Assembly (NCBI GenBank): GCA_965200245.1
Contig: CBDATS010000005.1
Coordinates: forward strand, 416,001-480,000
Direction of reading: 5' to 3'
Source of the DNA: a bacterium
Lineage (GTDB): Bacteria > UBA8248
Length of the DNA stretch: 64,000 nt
This document shows, piece by piece, positions 49,441 to 58,683 of this stretch. Below the pieces are notes generated by a model that was given only the letters and a program-made list of their open reading frames with translations, was not told the origin of the DNA and ran no database searches. The translations under genes and the position numbers were made by a program. How positions within the stretch are numbered: the stretch's first letter is position 1; every line of letters begins with the position of its first letter.

Positions 49441-50810
49441 GCACCGACGAAGCTCAGCGCCTCTGCTGCCTAGCGGACACGGACAGAAGACACCTTTGGC
49501 ACCCCTTCACTCCTATGGATGAGTGGGAACAAGAAGATCCGCCGCTCATCGTTGAACACGGTGAGGGGGCGTACCTGATCGACGTAGAAGGGAATCGATA
49601 CCTGGACGGTGTGTCCTCTCTTTGGGTGAACATCCACGGGCACAGGAAAGAAGAGATAGACGAGGCCGTTCGCGCGCAACTTGCGCGAATCGCTCACACC
49701 ACGCAACTCGGCATGGCGAATCCGACCGCCATCGAACTTGCCGAAAAACTCACACAAATCGCGCCCGAAGGTCTGAAAAGAGTCTTCTATTCGGACTCGG
49801 GTGCTACGACAGTGGAAATCGCCCTCAAGATGGCATTTCAGTACCAAAGGCAAAGAAAGAATCCGAGGCCTGAGAAAGACCGCTTTCTCAAGCTGAGCCT
49901 GGCATACCACGGCGATACGGTCGGCGCGGTCTCGCTGGGCGGAATCGATCTCTTCCACCACATCTTCGGGCCATTGTTGTTCCAGACCATGCGGGCGGAG
50001 GCACCCTATTGTTTCTGGTGCCCGAGGGGGGCTACGCGTCCGCCGTGTTCCGTCTGCTCAGGCGATGAGATAGCACACCAAATTACAGAGAACGCGCCCC
50101 ACCTCGCCGCTGTCGTGCTGGAACCGATGGTACAGGGAGCGGCGGGCATGATCGTGCAGCCACCCGGCTTTCTCGGGAAAGTGCGCGAGGCGTGCTCGGA
50201 ACACGACGTGCTCCTGATAGCAGATGAGGTCGCCACGGGCTTTGGGCGCACCGGTCTCATGTTCGCCTGCGAGCACGAAGGCGTCTCGCCCGACATCCTG
50301 TGCCTCGCCAAAGGCATTACGGGTGGTTACCTGCCCCTTGCGGCGACACTCGCCACCGAGGAGATATTCGACGCCTTTCGCGGCCCGCCCGAGGTGGGCC
50401 GCACATTTTTTCACGGCCACTCCTACACGGGAAATCCTCTGGCTTGCGCCGCCGCGCTTGCGAATCTCGAGATTTTCGAGAAAGAGCGCACCATTGAAAC
50501 AAATCAGGAGAAGATAGCCCACCTTTGGAGCGAACTCGGAAACCTGCAAGACTCGGCCCATGTGGGCGAGGTGCGGGGTCTCGGCTGGATGGTCGGCGTC
50601 GAGCTTCTGAAGGACAAGGCGACGAAAGAACCCTACACGCCTGCAGAGCGCAAAGGGCGCGCTGTCACCTTGGCGGCGAGAAGGCGCGGCCTTGCCGTGC
50701 GGCCCCTGGGCGACGTGGTCATCCTGATGCCGCCCTATTGCGTGAGTATCGAGGAGATAAGCCGGATGGTCGGGGATATTGAGGAGTCCATTCGCGAGGC
50801 GTGCGCCTAG
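49437..50810 (+). CDS. bioA: adenosylmethionine-8-amino-7-oxononanoate aminotransferase
   Basis: LWHPFT, DGVSSLW, YSDSG, YHGDT, DEVATGFGRTG, AKGITGGY, HGHSYTGNP, RPLG. Confidence 0.93.
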   Translation: MSTDEAQRLCCLADTDRRHLWHPFTPMDEWEQEDPPLIVEHGEGAYLIDVEGNRYLDGVSSLWVNIHGHRKEEIDEAVRAQLARIAHTTQLGMANPTAIELAEKLTQIAPEGLKRVFYSDSGATTVEIALKMAFQYQRQRKNPRPEKDRFLKLSLAYHGDTVGAVSLGGIDLFHHIFGPLLFQTMRAEAPYCFWCPRGATRPPCSVCSGDEIAHQITENAPHLAAVVLEPMVQGAAGMIVQPPGFLGKVREACSEHDVLLIADEVATGFGRTGLMFACEHEGVSPDILCLAKGITGGYLPLAATLATEEIFDAFRGPPEVGRTFFHGHSYTGNPLACAAALANLEIFEKERTIETNQEKIAHLWSELGNLQDSAHVGEVRGLGWMVGVELLKDKATKEPYTPAERKGRAVTLAARRRGLAVRPLGDVVILMPPYCVSIEEISRMVGDIEESIREACA

Positions 50811-51607
50811 CGCAAATGTTCAGGCTCACCAGAGGGCGTGCCCACCGCGTCCACATCAGGTTTTTTCTCAGACACTCCCACGGGTGCTACGGGAGTGCTG
50901 CCCACCGGCGGCAAGCTCTCGCTTGGCACGCCGACGGCACTCGCGGGAGGCTGTTGAGTGGTCGTAGCGGTCTTCTCCGTAGCCGTTCCCTGGGCGGCTT
51001 TGGGCGCGCTGCCCGCCTTGGGCGCGGAAACGCGATTCGTTATCAATTCCTCGCGCGCCTTGAGCGGACCCGTTATAGCGAGCGAACCCGCGATGCTCAG
51101 CGTCTCCTGCCCCCCGATGAGCAGCACCACGCGATCATATTCGGGAAAATTTCCGATCACAGTGTTGGCAACTCCATAGGCGGTCACGAGTTCCGCCCAC
51201 ACGCCACCCGGGTGAGCGTCGCGAAGCGTCTCGTCGAAATCGACGTAGACAATTCCCTCAGTCCCCGGAAACACGGCGCGAAGCTTTACTCCTCCGGGGA
51301 TAACGGGCGCGTACCCCTCCTCCCTGGGTCCTGCGATGAGCGCTACCAGCACGTTTCGCAGGGTATCTATCTTGTCCTTCCCGATCTCGACCTCCACGGG
51401 ATAGGGAACGAGAATGTCTTTCGCGGCGCTTGCGAAATAAAGCGTCTTCCTGACGCCTGGCGCACGTTCGGCGTCGGGCCGATCAGTGTCGTCTATGGTG
51501 GCGTCCTGGCTCCGATCAATAAAATCGAGAATCTTTTCCTGGAAGTTCCATACCAGCGCCCCGCTCACGAGGATAAGCAAAAGGGCGAGCGCGATTTTCC
51601 TGAACAC
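50807..51607 (-). CDS. GerMN domain-containing membrane-anchored protein
   Basis: N-terminal TM, TLYFA, LIAGP, VIPGGVKLRAV, VYVDF, HPGG..EL...VANT; low-complexity tail. Confidence 0.8.
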   Translation of the reverse strand: MFRKIALALLLILVSGALVWNFQEKILDFIDRSQDATIDDTDRPDAERAPGVRKTLYFASAAKDILVPYPVEVEIGKDKIDTLRNVLVALIAGPREEGYAPVIPGGVKLRAVFPGTEGIVYVDFDETLRDAHPGGVWAELVTAYGVANTVIGNFPEYDRVVLLIGGQETLSIAGSLAITGPLKAREELITNRVSAPKAGSAPKAAQGTATEKTATTTQQPPASAVGVPSESLPPVGSTPVAPVGVSEKKPDVDAVGTPSGEPEHLR

Positions 51608-51608
51608 C

Positions 51609-52475
51609 CTAGCGCCCCTCCCCCGCAGACTCTACGTCTGGCGCCCCGGACACACCGGATTCGGGCCGGGAAGATTCAGTTGGCACAGCCTGCGATTCGG
51701 TAATCTCGGGCGGTACGGACTCGGCCGGCTGAGGCGTTTTAGGTGGCAGATATTCGGTTAGACCCGCGAACTTGAGGATTTCTTTTGCTAGCGCCGTGAG
51801 GTAGGGATCATCTTCTCCCGTTTCACTCAGGCGTGCTTCGTCCTCGGGCGTGCTGATGACGCCCAGACTCACGTAGGCCGCGGGCATGCGCGCACCTTCA
51901 AGATCACGCACAGCCAGAATGCGAAGCGGCGGATTTGCGCCAGCGCGGATAGCAGCGAATCGTCTTTTCAACCCCAGCGCGAAGCGGCGGTTCAAGGCCA
52001 GATGGATGTTCTGGCTCCGCTGCCAGCGGAGCGCCACGGCCTGGGCGGCTTTTCCCGCCACGCGCGGCGGACGCCTGGGTGCGGCCACCATGATGGAAGG
52101 CCCCCGCGCGCCGGGGCGCCAGGAGGCATCTGCGTGCAGGGTGAGGAACAAGGAGGCGGCGTTGTAGTTCGCCACCGAGGCACGCTGGACAACGGTCATC
52201 TCCGTGTCGGCCTCGCGCGTCAGGATCACCTTTACCTCTTTGCGCCTTTCGAGAAGCGCCGCCAACATGCCCGCCGCGCGAAGGGTGAAATCCTTTTCGA
52301 GAAGTTGCGCGCCTCGGCTCCCGGCGTCCCGTCCACCGTGGCCAGGGTCGATCACCACGACGAAAGGCGCCAATGCGGCAGGCTCGCCCGGCTTTGCGGG
52401 TCCGGCAAAGGCGTCGACACACGAGATAAGGCTCCCGAACCATAATGCCAGAATGATAAGGCGGAATCGTCGCAA
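51609..52475 (-). CDS. N-acetylmuramoyl-L-alanine amidase (Amidase_3), catalytic Glu apparently replaced
   Basis: Signal peptide, VIDPGHGG, LEK, LTRE, LTLHAD; PAAYVSLG in place of PAxLVExG. Confidence 0.8.
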   Translation of the reverse strand: MRRFRLIILALWFGSLISCVDAFAGPAKPGEPAALAPFVVVIDPGHGGRDAGSRGAQLLEKDFTLRAAGMLAALLERRKEVKVILTREADTEMTVVQRASVANYNAASLFLTLHADASWRPGARGPSIMVAAPRRPPRVAGKAAQAVALRWQRSQNIHLALNRRFALGLKRRFAAIRAGANPPLRILAVRDLEGARMPAAYVSLGVISTPEDEARLSETGEDDPYLTALAKEILKFAGLTEYLPPKTPQPAESVPPEITESQAVPTESSRPESGVSGAPDVESAGEGR

Positions 52476-52775
52476 GAAGTCTCCTCCCGTTCACTCGGCA
52501 CAAACTACCATTTCATGGAACTGCAAACCAACCGAGAGGGGGACATAGGGACAGGTCCCTGGTTATCCTGTGTTGAGATTGTCCGCGTTTCACCGACACA
52601 GGAATGAAGGAGGTGCAGTCCGGTTCGACCGATATAACTATTTGTGAAGACCGCATAAATGAGGTGGGCAACGACAAACCGCTCGAAAAATCATCGCCGC
52701 TGGATTAGACTATGGTACTATCCCGAATCGAACATCGCCCGGTATCGCCCGCACCAAAACTCATGAGAGGAACCC

Positions 52776-54074
52776 GTGACAGCGCATCTTGAACGCTTCT
52801 TCGGACTGGCGCAGTGCGGCACCAACGTACGAACGGAAATTACGGCGGGCGTGACGACATTCCTGACGATGGCCTACATCGCCTTCGTAAACCCGCAGAT
52901 ACTTTCAAACGCCGGCATGCTGTTCGACGCTGTGTTCGTCGCCACCTGCATCGCTGCGTCACTCAGTACGCTGCTGATGGGACTTTATGCCAACTACCCG
53001 ATTGCGCTGGCGCCAGGCATGGGCCTCAACGCGTTCTTCGCCTTCAGCGTCGTGCTCGGCCTCGGCCACAAATGAGAAGTCGCGCTAGGCGCGGTCTTCG
53101 TTTCCGGGTTGTTGTTCCTGGTGATCAGCATATTGCCGGTGCGACGCTGGATCGTAGAGGCGATACCACAGGGTCTGAAACTGGCCATCGCGGCCGGTAT
53201 CGGCCTGTTCCTGGGCATCATCGCGCTCAAGAACGCCGGCATCATCCAAGGCAGCAAGGCAACACTGGTCACTCTTGGCCACCTGACGACGCCCGGACCA
53301 TTGCTGTGCTTGGTCGGCTTCTGTTTGATCGTGGCGCTCGCCGCGCGCAAGGTGCCGGGCGCCGCGCTCATCGGGATGCTGGCCGTCTCCGTTACAGGCT
53401 TGATTTTCGGTGTCTCGAAATGGAAGGGCATCGCCTCGCTGCCCCCTGATCCCACGCCGACGCTTTTCGCGCTGGACATCGCCGGCGCGCTGCAAGTGAA
53501 CATGCTTGCAGTCATTCTTGCATTCCTGCTCGTCGACTTGTTCGACACCACGGGCACGCTGATTGGCGTGGCACACCAGGCACGACTCCTGGACGACAAA
53601 GGGCGGCTTCCGCACATGCAGCGCGCGCTGATCGCCGATTCGGCGGGAACGGTCGGAGGCGCCCTGCTCGGCACCTCTCCCGTTACGAGCTATATCGAGA
53701 GCGCAGCCGGGGCGGGCGCGGGCGGACGCACGGGTCTGAGCGCAGTCGTCGTGGCCGTATTGTTCCTCACCTGCCTGTTCTTCTCGCCGCTCGCGGGTTC
53801 TATACCACCATACGCGACTGCAGCGGCCATTCTCTACGTGGCCTGTCTGATGGCGCGCCCACTCATGGACCTGGACTGGAACGACGTGACAGAATCGGCC
53901 GCTGCAGTCCTGACCGTCATCGCCATTCCGATGACGTTTTCCATCGCCGACGGCATCGGCATCGGGGTCATCACCTACGTACTGATCAAGATGATGGCGG
54001 GACGCATGGGCGAATGCTCGCCAACGCTGATCGGGGTCGCGCTTCTGTTTGCCATCAAGTTCGCGTGGCTGTGA
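52776..54074 (+). pseudogene. NCS2/AzgA purine permease interrupted by an in-frame TGA
   Basis: EITAGVTTFLTMAYI, APGMGLNAFF, DLFDTTGT, YIESAAG. TGA at 53073-53075 sits in frame at a normally Trp position (GHK*EVALGAVFVSG). Confidence 0.88.
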
Positions 54075-54424
54075 CGCCAATCAGCACCTTCGGTCCGCTT
54101 CGATATATGAGATGTCCATAGCCGGACAGGCGTAAAACTTGTTCGGGAACTGACGTATCCGCCCTATCCCCAGTGCAGATATCATGAATCAGGCGAACAC
54201 AGGTGCTCTATCCTGCGAAGCACCATTCGGGCAGGGACAACTCCTGGCACCTGCCCTGACGAGGGAACAGAAATTTGAAAAGACAGTCTGTCAACGGGTC
54301 TCTGCTACGGGCCCCCACGGGATACCGGCGAATATCCATTCATCAATAGCGTTTGACCCTTGCACCCCGTTTGAAATTCTTTGATCATGGGTGGTGGTTT
54401 CTGAATTCCGGGAAGGAGCGAGAC

Positions 54425-54712
54425 GTGTGGGGCGACAAGACACCCGAGGGAGTAAGGGGCTCACCGGATCTCAAGCGCATCGCCACGGTGGGCGGGCAGA
54501 TGGAGGCCTTGATCCTCAAAAGCAGGCTTGAGGCCGAACAGATTCCCGTGCACTTAAGCTACGATTCGGCGGGTTCAGTCTACGCCTTCAGCCACACGAA
54601 CCTTGGTACGGTCCACCTCATGGTGCCCGAGGTTTTCGCGGAAGCGGCCCTTAACATTTACCGGGAACTCAGAGGTGGTGGAGAAGTGCCCGGATCATCC
54701 ATCGATACATAG
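54425..54712 (+). CDS. DUF2007-like small protein
   Basis: EALILKSRLEAEQIP...LGTVHLMVPE..AEAA; GGAG RBS before GTG. Confidence 0.7.
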   Translation: MWGDKTPEGVRGSPDLKRIATVGGQMEALILKSRLEAEQIPVHLSYDSAGSVYAFSHTNLGTVHLMVPEVFAEAALNIYRELRGGGEVPGSSIDT

Positions 54713-54722
54713 AGACGACGTC

Positions 54723-55283
54723 ATGACGGACAACGAAACGGACCTGAAAGCCCTGCGGACGCTTTTGCTCGAGAAAGCGTATGAAAAAAGGGCGGTGACG
54801 CTCACCTCGGGACGGCCGAGCGATTTCTACGTCGACTGCCGCCAAGTGACCCTGCACGGCGAGGGAGCGCGGCTCGTGGGCCGGGTGATCCTTGATCGAA
54901 TCAGGGGAAGCGGCGTGGAAGCCGTGGGCGGCCCCACCCTGGGCGCGGACCCTATGGTGACGGCCGTATCAATGACGGCGGCGCTTTGCGGCCTGGACAT
55001 TCCCGCCTTCATCATCCGAAAGGCCGAGAAGGGCCACGGGATGCAAAACCGTATCGAGGGAGCGGGGAACCTGAGGCCCGGCTTTAAGGTCGCCATCATC
55101 GAAGATGTGGTGACCACGGCGGCCTCCACCTTCACGGCCATCGACGCGGCACTGGCTTTTGGTCTCGAAATCGTTCACATCATCTGCCTCGTTGATCGCG
55201 AGGAAGGTGGACGAGAAAATCTTGCCGCACGCGGCTACGATCTGGACGCCGTGTTCACGAAGAGCAGTCTGGTGGGGGAATGA
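54723..55283 (+). CDS. pyrE: orotate phosphoribosyltransferase
   Basis: TLTSGRPSDFYVDCR, GGPTLGADP, IRKAEKGHG, IEDVVTT, LVDREEGG. Confidence 0.93.
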   Translation: MTDNETDLKALRTLLLEKAYEKRAVTLTSGRPSDFYVDCRQVTLHGEGARLVGRVILDRIRGSGVEAVGGPTLGADPMVTAVSMTAALCGLDIPAFIIRKAEKGHGMQNRIEGAGNLRPGFKVAIIEDVVTTAASTFTAIDAALAFGLEIVHIICLVDREEGGRENLAARGYDLDAVFTKSSLVGE

Positions 55284-55348
55284 GGGCCAGGTGCAATCTC
55301 GTAATTCCAGCCTCCATTGATCAGGAAACCATATCTTGGGGAGGGGCA

Positions 55349-55512
55349 ATGTCCATTCCGCTCACGTGAGATTTCAGAGAAACGATTCAGGCACGGGTCC
55401 AACAAGATACTCCCTTCCGGGAGAAACTTCTGGAAGAAGGTGTCGAATTCCTGCGCTCGGGAGAGATGGTAGTCGGCAAGACGGTACAGAGCGATATCGT
55501 CAACGCGACTCC
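55349..55512 (+). pseudogene. addiction-module antitoxin-like regulator remnant
   Basis: PLT*DFRETIQARVQQDTPFREKLLEEGVEFLRSG...GKTV..DIVNAT resembles the PLTRDFKET..DYINAT antitoxin N-terminus. TGA at 55367; HTH half missing. Confidence 0.6.
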
Positions 55513-56179
55513 CGACCTTGATACTCCAAGCTCCCTCACCGGAAAATCCCTGAAATGCCCCATGCGTATACGCGGACATACATATCCTGGAGCTATTTGG
55601 CCACACCACATACGGAAATAGTATTTGCCACTCGCCGTCTGCCCATTTGAGAGACTATTTCTCTTGAAATCAGATACATCAACGGCAATTTACATGTAAA
55701 GAGCCGCTCACGGATCTGAAAGCGACCGAAACGGCGCTCGATAGTCCGCATTGTTCATGACGATAGATTTTGTTGGGGTATTGGCGCGTTTTTCGTCCGG
55801 GTTTACGGATTTCATGAGGTTCAGTTTGTTTTGGTTTTTGGGGTTGGTTTGCGGCTCTTGCCGCGTTGGTCAGGATCCTTGAGCGGCGATGCGTTGGAAC
55901 ACGCCCGCGAGCATCGGCTGGTTTGCCGCTCCTCCTTCGTAAATGCGGACCGGCTGCAGACACCGCCCGCCCGCATGGGCGTTGAAAAAGGACAACCGTT
56001 GACCACCACAGGTGCGGTCGATTGTGTCGTCAATGTCCAGCACAGAATTTGGGGGAACGCAGAAAAATTTCTTGCGTTTCCACCGGAATGTCCCGTATCC
56101 TGTTCATGATGCAAAAGAAAAACGAAAGCAGCGTGGGTGTCAACCCATACCCATTTCTCTCGGGAAAGGAGACAGGAAC

Positions 56180-56449
56180 ATGAAGACAGCGGCCGAGATG
56201 CGGCAGCAGCTGAGTGAGAAGGCAGGCACGGACGAGGCGTTCCGGCAGAAACTGCTCGACGACCCGCGCGGCACGATCGAAAGCGAGTTCGATGTCGCCC
56301 TGCCGGCCGGTTTTTCGGTTTCGGTGCTCGAGGACAGTGCGGATCATGCGCATCTGGTGATCCCGCCCTCGTCGCTGATCCCCGACAGCGACCTCGAGAG
56401 CGTCAGCGGCGGGATAGACCGGTGGGGTAGCCGCGACTACGGCCCCTGA
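56180..56449 (+). CDS. NHLP-leader RiPP precursor (proteusin type), core IDRWGSRDYGP
   Basis: AAAGGAG RBS; KA..DEAFRQKLLDDPRGTIE...LP....V.VLED....HLVIP leader; DLESVSGG double-glycine site; 11-aa core. Confidence 0.88.
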   Translation: MKTAAEMRQQLSEKAGTDEAFRQKLLDDPRGTIESEFDVALPAGFSVSVLEDSADHAHLVIPPSSLIPDSDLESVSGGIDRWGSRDYGP

Positions 56450-56479
56450 CCCTGGCGGGGTCGATAAGTGGCACATATA

Positions 56480-57380
56480 TCAGGCGGCCTCGTTTACTGG
56501 CGGAACAGGACTTTCGGGGTCCATGCCGCTCACTGCGATACCATCGAACCGGCGGCACAGGTTGGCCAGACGTATGTCATCGGTCTGGTCCATTTTATTG
56601 AAAACCCGAATGACAGGTGTGCCGACAGGTCCGATCCCGTCCAGGATTTTTTCTACCGAATTCAGGTTGTCCTCACAATGGGGGGATGAGGCATCCACAA
56701 CATGAAGCAGGAGATCCGCTTCGCTCAACTCTTCCAATGTCGCGCGGAACGCCCCTGTCAATTCCCGGGGGAGGTTGTGAATGAAACCGACGGTATCCGT
56801 GATGATGACTTCCTGTTCGCGGGGAAGCCTGAGTCTGCGGCTCGATGTGTCCAGGGTGGCGAAAAGCCGGTCCCCGGCCATGACGTCGCTGTCTGTCAGG
56901 GCGTTGAGCAGTGTGGATTTTCCGGCGTTGGTATAGCCTACCAGGGAAAGAATCGGTACCTGGCGCCACGTGATGGAGCATGGGAACTGCGAGGATGAGG
57001 GAATCGCGGCAATCCTGAACAGGCATTCCGTGTCCATCAGGGAAGCGGTGCAGATGATGACGGGCCCGTTTCATGGCGAGAGCCGGAAACATCTCCAGTG
57101 TGGACGGGTTCTGCTGTCGCTGCAATCTGCGTGTAACGGACCCAGCTTATGTGCCCGGGTTTACGTGGCGGAAGTGTGTGGGCCTGTGAGGGGCGGGGAT
57201 GGGTGCCATGATGCTGTCCCGGGAAAGCAGGGTCCGGAATACCGGAATCCGGTTTACCTCCTGCATGTCCTGAACTGACAAGGACTGGTAACCGAAAACC
57301 CTGCCGGCGAGCCAGGGACATCGATAATCTGATCTTTCCCAATCGGGCTTTTCCGGGTGCCTGGTCGTGCCATGAATCAT
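56480..57380 (-). pseudogene. hflX: GTPase HflX remnant
   Basis: G domain intact (VGYTNAGKSTLLN, LFATLD, DTVGFI, AFRATLEE, NKMD) in about 56480-56965. The upstream part is scrambled and the central domain is missing; the 5' boundary is approximate. Confidence 0.75.
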
Positions 57381-57586
57381 CCGGCCCTCAGTGAGCGCAG
57401 CGGCAGGGCTTCGGTCTCCGGAGTGGATGGATCGGGACGTCGCGACGCATGGTCGATGTCAAAGCCAGTCACGCCACCACCAGGGCCTGCGTTTACTCCG
57501 TCTGAAACTTCGCGCGTCTCCGCGCCCGACTCGGACCTGAACTCGATATAAAGGCTGTCGGTACAAGGAGAGTAGTGCAGCTTCAT
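57377..57586 (-). CDS. DUF2283 family putative antitoxin (possibly degenerate)
   Basis: MKLHY...DSLYIEF...ETREVSDG...GFDIDHAS; GGAGG RBS. Confidence 0.75.
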   Translation of the reverse strand: MKLHYSPCTDSLYIEFRSESGAETREVSDGVNAGPGGGVTGFDIDHASRRPDPSTPETEALPLRSLRAG

Positions 57587-57598
57587 TGTTCCTCCTCC

Positions 57599-57826
57599 TC
57601 AGAATCTTCGGTCGGAGAAAGTGTTGTGAATTCTCTCCCCGTCGGCAAGCGTGATTGCGCGGAGAATACGTGGGGTGCCCACACCCGGCCGCGTAATTCC
57701 TCCCCAGAAGCGCACCCGCCCATCAGGCTGTTCCTCGTGGCGTAAAGAGGCGGTGATGATCCTAACGTACCATTCAGGCTCGATTTAAGGGCACTTGCGC
57801 AAGATATGTTCCTCGAAATACCGCAT
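57599..57826 (-). pseudogene. RelE-like putative toxin partner of DUF2283 with a premature stop
   Basis: RYFEEHILRKCP*IEPEW...EQPDGRVRFWG...RILRAITLADGERIHNTFSDRRF; TAA at 57785-57787. Confidence 0.65.
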
Positions 57827-57871
57827 CGTATTCGACCGGAATATGTTATATATACGGAATGAGGCGAGACC

Positions 57872-58110
57872 ATGGTTATCAAATCGCAAATTTCCAAGTG
57901 GGACAACAGCTTGGCGCTAAGGATTCCACGACCCGTCGCCGATCAGTGAGGGTCAAGGAAGGGACAGAAATCGAGATCATGCCCCGTGGCGACCAAGTGG
58001 TCTTGAGAAAGAATATCCTTACCCTTGAAACCATGATAGAATAAATCTGCCCCGAGGAAATCCACGCATTGGTGGACTATGGAGCAGAGGCTGGCGCGGA
58101 ATAATGGTAG
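57872..58110 (+). pseudogene. mazE: MazE/AbrB antitoxin pseudogene
   Basis: ISKWDNSLALRIP, then a frameshift to VKEGTEIEI...TLETMIE*ICPEEIH..VDYG...W*; several stops. Confidence 0.8.
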
Positions 58111-58438
58111 CATATGTGCCGGATAGAGGGGACATCGCTTGGTTGGCCTTTACTCCTCGGGCCAGGCATAAGCAGCCGGGATACCGCCCTGCCTTAGTTC
58201 TCAGCCCGAAAATTTATAACGAGAAAACTGGCTTGGCGTTTTCTGCCCCGTCACGTCCCGGGTCAAGGGCTATCCCTTCGAAGTTGCCTAGCCCACCGCT
58301 GGCCCTGTTTCGAGAGTGGTGTTGTCCGACCAATTAAATAATCTGGACTGGCGGGCCAGGCGTGCATGCTTTGAATGCCGGACGACTGCCCGTGTGGTGG
58401 GAGAGGTCATCAAAAATTTGAGAGTCTTTCTGGATTAA
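58104..58438 (+). pseudogene. mazF: MazF endoribonuclease pseudogene
   Basis: YVPDRGDIAWL.F.P...RPALVLSP..YN.KTGLA, frameshift, CPVTSRVKGYPFEVA*...VLSDQ..LDWRAR. Confidence 0.85.
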
Positions 58439-58683
58439 ATGTAATTGTGACACGTTCCCGTCCGATCGGGATAATCAATGTCTATGCCCGCAACTCGCAC
58501 GGTTCCGCCCATCGACGCCCGGGGAAACGTCACGCGGTACAACTCATGACTTTATACACGGAACAGGTCACTTGCGGATGTGATGCTCCCTATCGTTTCC
58601 TTGCCAGCCAGTTGGACTTGCCCTTGGTGCCCAGGCGGCAAAATCCTCTGTTTCACACTGTTGCGCGTTAGAGGTGAAAACGC

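Noticed and set aside
52480-52775. Possible purine riboswitch upstream of the NCS2 permease
   Set aside because: Only short inverted repeats (GGGAC-AG-GTCCC, CCTGTGT...ACACAGG) are present; the purine aptamer core motifs are absent.
53073-53075. In-frame TGA at a Trp position (and TAG at 14158) as evidence of stop-codon reassignment, selenocysteine or pyrrolysine
   Set aside because: TGA and TAG end many intact genes here at their expected termini (dnaJ, prmA, thiS; dtd, bioA), TGG is used for Trp throughout, and the positions are not catalytic Cys or Lys sites. Point mutation or error is simpler.
54175-54330. GC-rich stem (GGGCAGG...CCTGCCC) after the permease as a REP or ncRNA
   Set aside because: A single imperfect copy with no U-tract and no second instance in the window.
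55740-55960. T-rich stretch and a short minus-strand frame resembling the 3' end of an IS1380-type element
   Set aside because: The similarity is too short, and no partner inverted repeat or target duplication was found.
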